A stretch of 64,000 nucleotides of DNA from Bacteroidales bacterium (GCA_035530515.1 DATKUO010000042.1:22945-86944); one strand, 5' to 3'. Shown: positions 1 to 11,102, numbered from the stretch's first letter. The notes: generated by a model from the sequence alone, not told the origin. Numbers and translations are program-made.

Positions 1-648
1 GGCGGGGTAAAAAACATACACGTTTCCAATTGCACTTTTCTGGGAACAGATGTTGGGTTGCGTTTTAAAAGCAACCGCGGACGAGGTGGTATTGTTGAAA
101 ATATCTTTATTTCCGGTATCCGTATGACCAATATTCCTACAAATGCCATTTCATTTAACTTATATTATGGTGGGCAATCGATTTCAGAAATGATTGAAGA
201 AGGAGAAACAAGACTTACTTCACAGGCAGAACCTGTTACAGAAGAGACTCCACAATTCAAAAATATTTCAATAAAAAATGTAATTATAAAAGGGGCACAT
301 AAGGCGGTATTCCTGCAAGGTTTGCCTGAAATGAACCTTGAAAATGTTGAAATTAGTAATTTGATTGTTGAAGCCGATAATGGATTTTCAGTTGTTGATG
401 CAAACGGAGTTCAAATCAAAAATATTAAAATGGTAATAAAAAATATAGCTGTATTTGACATCATTAATTGCAAAAATGTGCAACTGGAAGATATTGAATT
501 CAATTCAACTTCGTCGGCTGCCGTTTCTATTAATGGCGAATTCAGCGAAAAAATAGAATTGATTTCTTCCTCTAAAATGAATTTTACTAAAAATACGGTT
601 ATTGGCGAAAATGTTCCTGCAGGAGAAGTACAACTAAAAACAAAATGA
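1..648 (+). CDS. Glycoside hydrolase family 28 (polygalacturonase-like), 3' part; gene starts before the window
   Basis: Frame is open from base 1: GGVKNIHVSNCTFLGTDVGLRFKSNRGRGG (GH28 RxK motif), followed by beta-helix-like repeats; next to pectin genes. Confidence 0.85.
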   Translation, partial: GGVKNIHVSNCTFLGTDVGLRFKSNRGRGGIVENIFISGIRMTNIPTNAISFNLYYGGQSISEMIEEGETRLTSQAEPVTEETPQFKNISIKNVIIKGAHKAVFLQGLPEMNLENVEISNLIVEADNGFSVVDANGVQIKNIKMVIKNIAVFDIINCKNVQLEDIEFNSTSSAAVSINGEFSEKIELISSSKMNFTKNTVIGENVPAGEVQLKTK

Positions 649-960
649 AACGAGCCATCACAATATGCACCTTAAGAAAAGTAGCATGATTATGGTGACT
701 ATCCAATAGCCACCAGAAAAGTAGCTGCCGAAATGAAAGTACCAGTCATCGATTTGCAAAAACTTACCGAAGATTGGGTTACTGGTTTGGGCGATGAACC
801 CTCAAAAGCAATGTACCTTTGGTTAGAACCTGACGGAAAATTTCCTGAAGGTCGAAAAGATGATACTCACCTATCTGAAAAAGGGGCAAGGGAAGTAGTC
901 CTGCTGGCCATGGAAGAATGTAAAAAACTAAATCTGCCGTTTGTAAAAGAATTAAAATAA
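645..960 (+). pseudogene. Rhamnogalacturonan acetylesterase (SGNH/CE12) remnant; N-terminal and central part deleted
   Basis: ATG at 645 overlaps the GH28 stop but terminates after 14 codons. The C-terminal GDYPIATRKVAAEMKVPVIDL...DDTHL (DxxH catalytic motif) follows directly, with no GDS motif. Confidence 0.7.
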
Positions 961-992
961 GAATTGTTAGTATTGTATTTGCAATTGTAAAA

Positions 993-1955
993 ATGAAAGG
1001 AATCGCTGTTCAATTTTTGTTGATATTTCTGTTTTCAACGTCATCTGCACAAACCCATATTCAATATAAAATGATAGTTGCACAAGACGGTTCAGGTGCT
1101 TATACAACAATCCAGGATGCCATTGATGCCACTAAAGCATTTCCCGATAAACGGATTACCATATTCATTAAAAATGGCATTTACCATGAAAAAGTTAGAG
1201 TCCCTTCTTGGAATAGCATGTTATCGCTGATAGGAGAAGATGTTGATAAAACAATTATTACTTTCGATGACTATTTTGATAAAATTAACCGCGGACGCAA
1301 CAGCACCTTTTTTACTTCAACCTTTTTGGTTGAGGCGAACGATTTTTATGCTGAAAACCTGACGATTGAAAATTCAGCAGGGAAAGTTGGACAGGCAGTG
1401 GCACTGCATGTTGGAGGCGACCGTTGCGTTTTTAAAAACTGCCGGATACTTGGTAACCAGGACACTGTTTACTTATATGGAGAAAAAAGCAATCACTATT
1501 TTAGTGGCTGCACTATTGAAGGAACAACCGATTTTATTTTTGGCTCAGCAACCGCCGTTTTCAGTAATTGTGATATTATTAGCAAAACCAATTCATTCAT
1601 TACAGCAGCAAGTACCCCGCAAGGAAAGGTTTTCGGATTGGTTTTTCTCGAATGTAACTTATTGGCAAAAGAGGAAGCAAAAAAAGTTTATCTGGGCCGA
1701 CCATGGCGTTTGTATGCCAAAACAGTTTTTATAAACTGCTTCATGGGTGAACATATAAGACCTGAGGGTTGGCAGAATTGGGGTAAATCAGAAGCCGAAT
1801 CAAATACATATTATGCTGAATACAACAATTCCGGAGCTGGTGCTAAAACTGAAAAACGTGTTATTTGGTCACACCTGTTAACCGGAGATGAGGCCCAAAA
1901 ATATACTGTCGAAAATATTTTAGGAGATTGGTTTTTAACTTTTACAAAAAAATAG
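993..1955 (+). CDS. Pectinesterase (CE8)
   Basis: Signal peptide; VAQDGSG, QAVAL, QDT, GTTDFIFG and LGRPW motifs. Confidence 0.93.
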   Translation: MKGIAVQFLLIFLFSTSSAQTHIQYKMIVAQDGSGAYTTIQDAIDATKAFPDKRITIFIKNGIYHEKVRVPSWNSMLSLIGEDVDKTIITFDDYFDKINRGRNSTFFTSTFLVEANDFYAENLTIENSAGKVGQAVALHVGGDRCVFKNCRILGNQDTVYLYGEKSNHYFSGCTIEGTTDFIFGSATAVFSNCDIISKTNSFITAASTPQGKVFGLVFLECNLLAKEEAKKVYLGRPWRLYAKTVFINCFMGEHIRPEGWQNWGKSEAESNTYYAEYNNSGAGAKTEKRVIWSHLLTGDEAQKYTVENILGDWFLTFTKK

Positions 1956-1971
1956 TTTTTTCATCGTATTG

Positions 1972-3150
1972 TTATTTATTTAATTCAATAGCTGCAAGAA
2001 TAAACGGGGCAATACCTTTTTGGTCGTTGTCTATCTGTTTTTCATTTACATAGTAATTGTAATCTGCCTCGCGGTAAGGATTCCCGCCCAGACCACATGC
2101 ACCACAGGTGTTAGTTAACACAGGCAATCCGTCATCTCCGGTTTTGACCATGTTTTTAACCATGCTCTCAAATACTTTACCGGCAATATCGAGGTATTTT
2201 TTATCGAGATACCCCTTTTTTGCACCTTTTGCAAAAGTGTAAATAAACATAGCGGTTCCCGAAGCTTCAAGATAATTGCCTTCTATTCCACCCCTATTAA
2301 GCACCTGGTACCATAAGCCGGTTTTTTCATCCTGAACTTTCATTAATGCATCACTGAGATTGTTTAAAATTTTAATCAGGGCAGGGCGTTTCGGATGATT
2401 TTCAGGTAAGTAATCCAGTACATCAACAACTGCCATCATATACCAGCCTGTTCCGCGGCTCCAAAAATGTTTGCTTTGCCCTGTTTCAGGGTTACACCAA
2501 CGCTGCTCGCGGCTTTCGTCCCAGGCATGATAAACCAGTCCGGTTTTTGCATCAAGGGTTTCTTTGTAAACTTCCTGAATCTGAAACGTCACTTCATCGA
2601 ACCATTTTGGCTGATTAAAATCGTGCGCATACCTCGCCAAAAAAGGAGAAGCCATATAAAGTCCGTCGAGCCACATTTGATACTGGTATATTTTTTTATG
2701 CCAAAATCCCCCGGCATTTGTGCGGGGCTGGGCTTCCATCTGGCTTACCAGTATTTCAATTGCTTTTTTATATTTTTCATTACCGGTGCGCGCGTACAAT
2801 TCGAGCATATTTAATCCGGGACGAATACGGTCGATGTTGTAATCTGAAAGATTATATCCGTTAATAGTACCATCTTCCTGCACAAAATAATCGATGTATG
2901 CTTTCATGTATGCAGAATACTTTTTATCTGTACTTCCCAATCGGTCAATTGCTGTTCCAAGAAAGGCATAATCGTATTCGTACTTAGGCATATCTCTTAA
3001 ATAGTAAATCATACTGTCGGATCGGTGCATCACACCATCCGCTAACTTAATTGCCCAGGGGGAATTAGTTACTCCTTTTCTGTCATTTTTGGTTTTAGTA
3101 GAGCAACTTAAAATCAAACAGAGGATTAGGGAGATAGTTGATATTTTCAT
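1972..3150 (-). CDS. Unsaturated rhamnogalacturonyl hydrolase (GH105), lipoprotein
   Basis: Lipobox ILSC; WHK..Y..QMWLDGLYM, HAWDES, FWSRGxGW and YLEASGTAMF motifs. Confidence 0.9.
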   Translation of the reverse strand: MKISTISLILCLILSCSTKTKNDRKGVTNSPWAIKLADGVMHRSDSMIYYLRDMPKYEYDYAFLGTAIDRLGSTDKKYSAYMKAYIDYFVQEDGTINGYNLSDYNIDRIRPGLNMLELYARTGNEKYKKAIEILVSQMEAQPRTNAGGFWHKKIYQYQMWLDGLYMASPFLARYAHDFNQPKWFDEVTFQIQEVYKETLDAKTGLVYHAWDESREQRWCNPETGQSKHFWSRGTGWYMMAVVDVLDYLPENHPKRPALIKILNNLSDALMKVQDEKTGLWYQVLNRGGIEGNYLEASGTAMFIYTFAKGAKKGYLDKKYLDIAGKVFESMVKNMVKTGDDGLPVLTNTCGACGLGGNPYREADYNYYVNEKQIDNDQKGIAPFILAAIELNK

Positions 3151-3224
3151 GTTTAGTTTTATAGTTTGAATGTAAAATTAGCTATTTCAGAGTTATAATT
3201 ACGGGCTGAAAATCTCATTTTGCG

Positions 3225-3413
3225 GGTAATTTTTATCAGGAACCCATGCAAGCCCTTATGCTGATTTGGATCTTTGAGGATCAGATATTAGATTTCCTTT
3301 ATTAAGGACTGTAATTTTGCCATCATCACGAAGTGTGTATGTAGCTGATGTACACTTTAGTTTTCTTTCAAAAGAATTGGGCAGTCGTGCTATCTCATAC
3401 CAGGTGCCTGTAT
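3225..3413 (-). pseudogene. Lipocalin (Blc-like) fragment
   Basis: Manual translation YTGTWYEIARLPNSFERKLKCTSATYTLRDDGKITVLN (GxWYEIAR motif); in-frame TAA at 3256-3258; both termini missing. Confidence 0.75.
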
Positions 3414-3464
3414 AATAGAATTAAAATATAGACCAGTAAAAGAAAAGTATTTCGTTTTGAAAAA

Positions 3465-4265
3465 TCAATTCTTCCTGATTAATGATCTCATGATGAAAAG
3501 GAATAGCTTATAGATTGCAAATATAATCACTGTAATGAGTGAAAGTATAATAACAGTTAACAGGAACGGATAGTTCAAGATAAATAGAATAAAATGGATT
3601 GTTCCATTCATTTTTCTCTGTTTTTCGATTTCTAAACTAATATCCGGAGATTCCTGAGTGAAATCAAGACTTCTGATAGAATCCAAATATCCTTTTTGTA
3701 CTGATGTCTCCAGGCAAAATATATGAATTTCATCAGTAAGTTTTGAAGCTATAAGGATGTCCCTTTCCAGTTCTTCCCAGGTTAGCGATGCAAGTTCAAT
3801 CCCCTCAATTTTTACTCCGCCGCCTGTGCTGCCCAGGGCAACAGGTTGCCCATCATGGCAATTTAAAGGGATAATCCCCGGATTACCCATGGCACTTGTA
3901 TAGAGCATAGGAATTTCTATGTCTGTATCAATATCAACAATCCCGAGGAGCTTTTGGAAAGAGGAAGTTTTCATTGCTCTTTCTTCGTAGATCAATGAAA
4001 TAAGATAAGATTCAACTGTGTATCCATCAACTTTCATCCGGTAGACAAGCTTCTGGTAAATGTCTTTTCCTTCTCTGAGTGATTTATTATCATAGAGTCT
4101 TTTATATACTTTCCAACCAAATTTCCAGGGATGTGAAAGGGCTAATTTGGCATCATTCATATCAGGTTCAATATCTATCCCAATAGCTTTCCAGTTCAAC
4201 TGATATTCTGCTGTCCATTTTTTAAAATCATCATAGCGTTTTTCAGCTTCTCCGAAACTTCCCAA
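3465..4265 (-). pseudogene. Hypothetical protein with C-terminal membrane anchor, probably 5'-truncated
   Basis: Long ORF whose 5' end merges into the end of the SDR fragment; no convincing start of its own. Confidence 0.5.
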
Positions 4266-4595
4266 AGCTGTTTTGCAATATCTTCATTATGGGAAAGAGC
4301 TGTCGATTCTGCTTTCCCTGGTTTTCCAGTCATTTCTGATCGCCCCTGAGGACCAAAATAGTCCCCGCCACGAACATCAGTCCTTGGTGCAGCGTACAAA
4401 ACTGGTAATGCTCCTTTTTCTTGTGAGTGTGAAAATAAAGGGAATAATGGACTTGAAACAAACATTAGCCACTTTGGGTAATGTCTTACCAGTTCCGTAA
4501 TGCTTACTCCCGGATGTGCAGCAACTGAAATTGTTTTCATTAGTGTGCTTTCAAATCGTCTTTGCAATTCATAAGCAAACATCAGGCAGGCCAGG
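4196..4595 (-). pseudogene. Short-chain dehydrogenase/reductase, C-terminal fragment
   Basis: FAYELQRR...SVAAHPGVSITEL...GALPVLYAA...LWEVSEKL is typical of the retinol-dehydrogenase-like SDR C-terminus; Rossmann motif and YxxxK missing. Confidence 0.8.
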
Positions 4596-4624
4596 GGAGA
4601 AGGTTGTTTTTAGGGTCTGAAAGA

Positions 4625-4700
4625 TGCTTGTTGCTGGTTGCTTGTTGCTGGTTGTTTCTTAACCACGGAGTTACACGGAGAACACGGAGGGTTCACGGAG
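4625..4700. repeat. Short tandem/REP-like repeats (TTGTTGCTGG-type, then CACGGAG x4)
   Basis: gcttgttgctggttgcttgttgctggttg followed by aaccacggagttacacggagaacacggagggttcacggag; related copy at 5538-5582. Confidence 0.7.
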
Positions 4701-4723
4701 TCTATATTTTCCCACTCTCCCCA

Positions 4724-5371
4724 TCACCCAATAACCCTTTCCTCCGGATTGAGCTCGTACGTAAATCCCTTTTCTGAGGAATTCATTATCAGGACTTTAA
4801 AAATAATGAGGTTGGCAAGTATCGATTCGGCTCTGTAAGCCTTAATGCGGGCAATTTTTCTGAATTTTGAAAGGGTGATTGATCCGTTCTCTTTCAGATA
4901 ATCCATAAGGGAATTTTCAGCCTCTCCAAATTTTACCATCACGCCCAAGGGCTTCTCCTTTTTTCGCCAGACCTGGAGCAATACCCTGTTTGCTACAAGG
5001 TTCTGATCATGGTTTCTGAAGTATGTCAGCCACTTTCCGTTTTCATCTTTTGACTGGTATGGCCTTTTGTCTCCTCTCTTGACCTCAACCTCAAGAATGG
5101 TCTTTCCACCAGTAGTATGTTGCTTTATGGTATAAGAAATTTCAGGCCTGCAAAAGAGGTGCGCAGCAGTATCTACCATATATAACTCTTCATCCGATTT
5201 AATTCCTGCTATACTGCCATTATCCCTTACCCCTATAAGTAACCTGCCTCCATCTCTATTTGCAAATGCTGTTAATGTTCTGGCTATCTTTCTGCTATCC
5301 GAAACGCAGTACTTAAAATCAAGCTTTTGATTTTCACCCTCTGCGATTAAATTTTTCAGATAGTTATCCAT
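4724..5371 (-). CDS. AlbA_2 (Schlafen-like) domain protein with probable C-terminal winged HTH
   Basis: GENQKLDFK...IARTLTAFAN.DGGRLLIGVRDNG signature. Confidence 0.85.
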   Translation of the reverse strand: MDNYLKNLIAEGENQKLDFKYCVSDSRKIARTLTAFANRDGGRLLIGVRDNGSIAGIKSDEELYMVDTAAHLFCRPEISYTIKQHTTGGKTILEVEVKRGDKRPYQSKDENGKWLTYFRNHDQNLVANRVLLQVWRKKEKPLGVMVKFGEAENSLMDYLKENGSITLSKFRKIARIKAYRAESILANLIIFKVLIMNSSEKGFTYELNPEERVIG

Positions 5372-5444
5372 GATTATGGTCTTAAAAATAAGGAATCACT
5401 CAAACACAGAGGTAGCAAATATTTTATAAATCTCCAATATTTAC

Positions 5445-5500
5445 GGCGACAGGCGTGCCACCTTTGCTAAAGCTACGGTGGCCAAAGCAGGCGACAGGTG
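5445..5500. repeat. REP-like palindrome
   Basis: GCCACC-tttgctaaagctac-GGTGGC hairpin flanked by two GGCGACAGG copies. Confidence 0.55.
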
Positions 5501-5740
5501 GTTAGAAGATTAAATTCATTATTAAAATGTTCTTCGTCTGGTTGTTTTAACCACGGAGTTACACTGAGTCAACACGGAGTAACAAGAAGTATTATACTCA
5601 TCCAATCTTGCCTGCAGTAAGTCGCCTTTTTACGGCTTGCGGTCTTGCACTTCTTAAGACTTCTGATTTCATGCTTCGTTTGATTTGTCATCCGGATCCG
5701 CCAATTGGCTGAGAAGGCTGGCGGTCATGCGCCAGGTTTA

Positions 5741-6082
5741 TTATATTAATTTTTCTTTCGCAAGTAATGCCTTTAGATGGTTATGACTATTCCAGAATTT
5801 GGCTTCTATATCATTAAAAATCTTCTTGAATTCAGGAAGATCTTTAATATTATCGATTAATGGATCAATTTTAAGAAAAACCACAGTCCAGTAATGATAA
5901 TTGTTCTGCTCCGAAAACAACCTGATATTTTCCATAGCCCGATCAGTTTCACCCTTAAAGGAATAATAGCAGGCCAAACTCAGATGCTTATAAATAGATT
6001 TATCGTTATCAGCATATTCTTTATATTCACTGAAGATCCTTTCAGATTCCTCCTTGAGTCCCATTTTTAAAAATACAACCAT
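5741..6082 (-). pseudogene. C-terminal TPR-like fragment (TolB-like/TPR regulator type)
   Basis: LACYYSFKGETDRAM...LKIDPLIDNIKDLPEFKKI tail; 5' part absent. Confidence 0.6.
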
Positions 6083-6287
6083 CGCACCGGATAAACAAAA
6101 AACCTGTCAGGAATCTTTCTCATTTATCATTCCGGGGCACATGCGTCATAGTTTATACTCCTGCGTCATAATTACAACTGCATCACCAAACTTGATAAAG
6201 TTAGAAGCATTGATGATATGTTCTGCATCACGGTTTGCCGGACCTTTACATTGTCAAATAGATGTCAAATTTTAAATAAATTAATTA

Positions 6288-6511
6288 TGAAAACTCGAAT
6301 CAATCTTTTAATTAAAACAGGTATTGCAGCAATCCTGATCAGTACCAGTCTCATGTTTGTCTCTTGTAGCGACAAGCAGGGGAAAGTAAGTAGCGAGAAT
6401 GGGTCATCTGTCACACAAACAAGACCTCAGCCTCCGGCTATGGGCATCCATACCGCTACTGTAACAGGGGATCTTAAGGTTATCCGGCAACTTACGAGAC
6501 CTATTCAATGA
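6288..6511 (+). pseudogene. Lipoprotein N-terminus (probably ankyrin-repeat protein), truncated
   Basis: MKTRINL...MFVSC signal, then IHTATVTGDLKVIRQ (start of an ankyrin-like repeat), ending abruptly near 6490. Confidence 0.5.
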
Positions 6512-6987
6512 CACTGCATGGGTTTTTGCTTGGGTTGCTTGCATTTCTGTTTGGATTCTTAATGGTTTACAGTGGTGATGATTTCTGGCAGACAGTACTC
6601 AAATGGAGATGGCTTTATTTATCTGTAGCTATCATACTATTTGTATTTCGTTACTATGAATTCCAGCTGCAGGCGCCCAACATTCTCAAATCTATTGAAT
6701 CTAACTTCTGGATATTTTCACTGTTTGGTTTTGCATACAAATACCTTAATCGTCCAAGTAGAACTTTAACCTATTTAAGCCAGGCTGCATACCCGGTCTA
6801 TATTATACATATGATCTTTCTGTACCTTGCTTCCCTGCTGATAATGCCATTGAATATTCCGGCTGGAGTGAGATTTATCTCAGTTGTAATTTTTACAATT
6901 GCAGGATGTTTTGTAACTTATGAATTCTTTATCAAAAGAGTAAGTTTTTTAAGGCCATTATTTGGATTAAGGAAAAATGAGACTTAA
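6508..6987 (+). pseudogene. Acyltransferase family 3 (OpgC/MdoC-like), C-terminal half only
   Basis: Multiple TM helices; YLSQAAYPVYIIH and LRPLFGL motifs; N-terminal half absent. Confidence 0.75.
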
Positions 6988-8203
6988 TAATCAACCAAAA
7001 ATCAGGAAAATGAATAACTGCAAATTTTTTGAATTGAAAAAATCAATCCTGCTGTTTTTTGTCCTCTCATTAATATTTTTCGGTTGTGCAAAAAATATCT
7101 CATGTCAATGGACCTATTACTCTCCGGCGAATATTAATGATGGAATTCAGGTTGGCTCTTTAAAGGAGGTAAATATGGATTCAAATCTGATCGCAAAAGC
7201 TGTAGGGAGAATATGTCGTGGTAAATATAAAGAGCTACATTCCATGCTTATTTACAAAAACGACAAACTTGTACTGGAAGAGTACTTCTCGGGGCATAAA
7301 TACCAGTGGGATGCACAGGGCTACAGAGGCGAACTGGTTAACTGGAACAGGGATATGTTCCATTCTACTATGTCATGTACCAAAAGTTTTACATCGGCTT
7401 GCATTGGGATTGCTGTTTATCAAGGCTTTATAGCTGATGTCCATCAATCAATATTTGACTACTTGCCTGATCATCAGTACCTGAAAACAGACAACAGAGA
7501 GTATATTACCATCGAACATCTGCTTACAATGACCTCTGGTTTAGCCTGGGATGAGTGGGGAGCTGCACATGGTACCTCAGCAAATGATATTGACAGACTA
7601 TATTTTGAATGTGAAGATCCGGTAAAATGTGTTCTGGAAAGACCATGGTGGAAAGAACCGGGTCAACTATTCACCTATAATGGAGGAGGCATGGTTATTC
7701 TGGCTGAGATCCTGAGAAATGCCACCAATATGAATATTGATGAATTTTCAATGAAGTATTTGTTTCAACCACTTGGTATTGACAGCACGCAATGGACGCA
7801 ATATGAAAATGGAATGTATGACGCTGCAGGATCCCTGAAGCTTACCCCAAGAGATATGTTAAAATTAGGTGTAACCTATCTAAATGACGGAGTCTGGAAT
7901 GGGACAAGAATTATTTCTTCAGAATGGGTTGAAAAGAGTTCAAAATCTTATAACAATAATGTCGGAATTAAACCCCCCCTTGAGGATTCAGGGGAAAGTG
8001 GTTACGCCTATTCATGGTGGACAAGTGTACTTTCCCATGCAGGTGACGAAATACAAATTTTTAGAGCTGATGGCTGGGGCGGTCAGGCAATTATGGTTTT
8101 TCCTGAGCTTGATATGGTGGTAGTCTTTACCGGTGGAAATTATTCAGCTAAATCATCTCTTTTTGAGATAATTGAAAAATATGTTTTACCGGCAGTTCAA
8201 TAA
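6977..8203 (+). CDS. Serine hydrolase, beta-lactamase (class C-like) family lipoprotein
   Basis: SCTK (SxxK), HLLTMTSGL, FTYN and ADGWGGQ motifs; lipobox IFFGC; true start may be 7010. Confidence 0.9.
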   Translation: MRLNNQPKIRKMNNCKFFELKKSILLFFVLSLIFFGCAKNISCQWTYYSPANINDGIQVGSLKEVNMDSNLIAKAVGRICRGKYKELHSMLIYKNDKLVLEEYFSGHKYQWDAQGYRGELVNWNRDMFHSTMSCTKSFTSACIGIAVYQGFIADVHQSIFDYLPDHQYLKTDNREYITIEHLLTMTSGLAWDEWGAAHGTSANDIDRLYFECEDPVKCVLERPWWKEPGQLFTYNGGGMVILAEILRNATNMNIDEFSMKYLFQPLGIDSTQWTQYENGMYDAAGSLKLTPRDMLKLGVTYLNDGVWNGTRIISSEWVEKSSKSYNNNVGIKPPLEDSGESGYAYSWWTSVLSHAGDEIQIFRADGWGGQAIMVFPELDMVVVFTGGNYSAKSSLFEIIEKYVLPAVQ

Positions 8204-8269
8204 AAAAGGTATAAATTGTTAATCCGAAAAATCTAACAGGGATGAAATCACAACTACTGCAAGGAAGAA

Positions 8270-8387
8270 TTTTGGTGTATTTCTGGGTCTGCCAATGCTT
8301 CTTAATGAGCTTGTTTTAGGAATATGGCTAATAGCTAAAGTGTTCAATGTATCTATAATGGATTCAGCCTCTGCTAAACAGATTTAA
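8270..8387 (+). pseudogene. DUF4386-like membrane protein, C-terminal remnant
   Basis: Manual translation FLGLPMLLNELVLGIWLIAKVFN, resembling the ExxLxxWLxxKGF tail. Confidence 0.5.
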
Positions 8388-8522
8388 ATGATATAAACTG
8401 AGTTGATAAATGAATAAACCAATGAAAGCTATACCCCAGGAATGGAGTTTTCGGGGAAGTTGAATATGCACGGGGGGAAAGTAATCTTTAAATATACTTA
8501 ACTTAATTAAAAGGAGGATGAT

Positions 8523-8642
8523 ATGGAAAATGCGTTATTGGCAACTAAATTGTTGTTTTATCTCATGGGTGGTTTAGGAATATTCTTTATTGGAATTGGA
8601 GTACTATGGTTTGTGTCAGTTTATAAGGATAACCATAAGTAG
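8523..8642 (+). CDS. 39-aa single-pass membrane protein (not in ORF track)
   Basis: MENALLATKLLFYLMGGLGIFFIGIGVLWFVSVYKDNHK, preceded by AAGGAGG at 8511-8517. Confidence 0.55.
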   Translation: MENALLATKLLFYLMGGLGIFFIGIGVLWFVSVYKDNHK

Positions 8643-8663
8643 TATCGGGAGCCCGGCGCCTAT

Positions 8664-8711
8664 TACTGTGTTATGCTGTTATGTTGTTATGTTGTTATGT
8701 CGTTATATTGT
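8664..8711. repeat. Degenerate 8-bp tandem repeat (TGTTATGT)n
   Basis: tgttatgc tgttatgt tgttatgt tgttatgt cgttatat. Confidence 0.75.
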
Positions 8712-8905
8712 ACCATCATTGCGCCCAGCCTCCGCTGTCCTTTGGTCAGCTATGACTGGCAAAGCATTGTCTTCTTCCTGACGCCTGACGCCCTCTTTTT
8801 CCTTTGTGCCATTCCTTCGGGTTAGCGTTGCACGTTTATTTTTAAAATACCATAAATTTTGTAAATTTACTATCTGAACAGAGAGATTAAGAATTGAAAT
8901 TTATT

Positions 8906-10092
8906 ATGAAGAATTTAACAGGAAGTCCGAAGTCCGAAGTCAGAAAACGCTATTAATATTAGTTCTTTTACTCCTTGTCCTGCCAGGATGTAAGAAACAT
9001 AGTGAAATCCCTGATTATTTGTATAATACTCCACAAAGTTATGATGACGGAATAGAAACTGCGTCATTGAACAGCGTAGGGATGGATTCACTCCCGGTTA
9101 TAGAAATGATGAACTACCTGAATTCAAAGGATGGACATAAAATCCATAACATCTTAATTATTAAAGATAACAAACTGGTATTCGAAGAGTATTTTGAAGG
9201 CTATGCATTGGATATGAATGCACCCGGACGTAATGGTGCTGTAATGGAATATAATAAAGATACAGATCATTTTATGGCATCTGTATCAAAGAGTGTTACC
9301 TCAGTTATATTCGGGATAGCAGTTAAAGAGGGATATATAGATGATTTAAACAAAAAGGTCATTGATTACTTTCCTGAGTATACCGCAATCCTTACCGGCG
9401 GGAAGGCAGATATTACTATTGCCCATTTGCTCACAATGACCTGCGGACTGACATTTGATGAGAATTCCTATCCTTATGGTGATTCAAGAAATGATGTAAC
9501 ACGGCTATTTTCGGAAGATGATCCCATAAAGTTTATTCTTTCAAAAGAACTGACTTCCACACCCGGCACACAATTCTTTTATAACAGCGGCGCTGTAAAT
9601 GTTCTTGCCGCTATCGTTGAGAAGGCGACAGGGATGAAATTTCTGGATTATGCCAATGCTAAACTATTTGATCCTTTAAGATCTGTGGGAGGGGTGTGGA
9701 GCGCTTTAAACAGTGGTCTTGTATTTGCTTCCGGTGGTCTCAGTTTTAAAGCCCGGGAACTCTCCAAGATAGGGCTGCTGTTTTTAAATGAGGGAATGTG
9801 GGAAGGCAATCAGATAATCACACCAGAGTGGATCGCTGCATCCCAGGAAGAGTATATAGTTACACATGCGATTTTTCCGGATACATCATATGGATACTAT
9901 TGGTGGATCATGAATTATATTGTGAATGGGGTATCTTATAAATGTTTTTTTGCTGCAGGATGGGGAGACCAGTATATGTTTATTATCCCCGGACTCGAAA
10001 TGATCGTTGTAATTAATAGTGGTAATTATGATGGCAGTGGAAGTGTATCGGCATATAACCTGATGAAAGACCACATATTAAAAGCTCTTTAG
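8906..10092 (+). CDS. Serine hydrolase (beta-lactamase family) lipoprotein; start ATG out of frame across a heptamer repeat
   Basis: SVSK (SxxK), HLLTMTCGL, FFYN, AAGWGDQ. Signal LLILVLLLLVLPGC is in the 9019 frame, but ATG 8906 is in another frame. Confidence 0.8.
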
Positions 10093-10328
10093 TATTTTAA
10101 CCATATTGGACTGACTCACGACGCTCGACGCTCGGTATGCGGCGTGTGGCCTTGAAGTGCTTAGCTAATATTGATTTCAGCTGCCTGGCAGCGAACTATT
10201 TTTAGAACCGCTGTGGATGAGGCAAACACAACATTCCCCCCTTTTAAAAAATCCGTATGATTTACATCTCTCTTGCTTATTTCTCTAAAAAGTATAGCTT
10301 TATAACCCTGGATTTTACACATTTTGTT

Positions 10329-11102
10329 ATGAAAGTTGCTGTTACCGGAGCCAGTGGACATATCGGAAATTGCCTTGTACGGGAACTGAAAAAACAGGGA
10401 GCCATGATAAAAGCAGCTAATTACGCAGGGGCAAAAAAATTCATTCACTTTAGCAGTATTCATGCTTTTCAGACTGAACCCTCAGATATGATACTGGACG
10501 AAAGCAGATCACTGGTTGAATCAGACAAAACTATATATGAGTTTACCAAAGCTGAAGGAGAAAGGGAGGTGATGAAAGCGGTGAAGGAAGGGCTGAATGC
10601 TGTAATTATAAATCCTACTGCTGTAATTGGTCCGTTTGATAGCAGAGGCTCTCTGCTGGGCCAGGCACTTCTTAAAATTTATCAGAATAAATTACCCTTT
10701 CTGGTATCCGGCGGATACAACTGGGTTGATGTACGTGATGTGGTGTCAGCTTCAATACAGGCAATTGAATCGGGAAACAAAGGGGAGAGATATATCCTTT
10801 CCGGGGAGTTCTGCACTCTCCAGGAGTTATCTGCCATGATTAGTAAAATATCGGGGAATAAAATTCCCGTTATTGTTCCGGTTTCCCTGGCACGTCTGGC
10901 ATGTCCGTTTTTTCAGATTTACTCGTCAGTTACAAAAAAGGAGCCTTTATATACATATCAGTCTCTTGACATTCTGGTCAATTCCCCGGTAAATATTTCA
11001 AATGCAAAAGCCAGAAAAGATATGGGGTATGAACCTCGTCCACTGGAACAAACACTAATAGACACATTTAACTGGTACAGGGGAAACAATTTTATAAACT
11101 GA
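10329..11102 (+). pseudogene. NAD-dependent epimerase/dehydratase with in-frame internal deletion
   Basis: MKVAVTGASGHIG and YEFTK motifs present. The segment normally holding the HxAA and NVxGT motifs is missing at ...GAMIK/AANYAGAKKFIHFSS (about 10410). Confidence 0.7.

Noticed and set aside
4724..5371. Schlafen/AlbA_2 gene as an anti-phage system
   Set aside because: Short stand-alone form with no partner or defence context visible; not enough support.
4660..5582. CRISPR array from the CACGGAG repeats
   Set aside because: Units are 7-10 bp without unique 30-40 bp spacers, and there are no cas genes.
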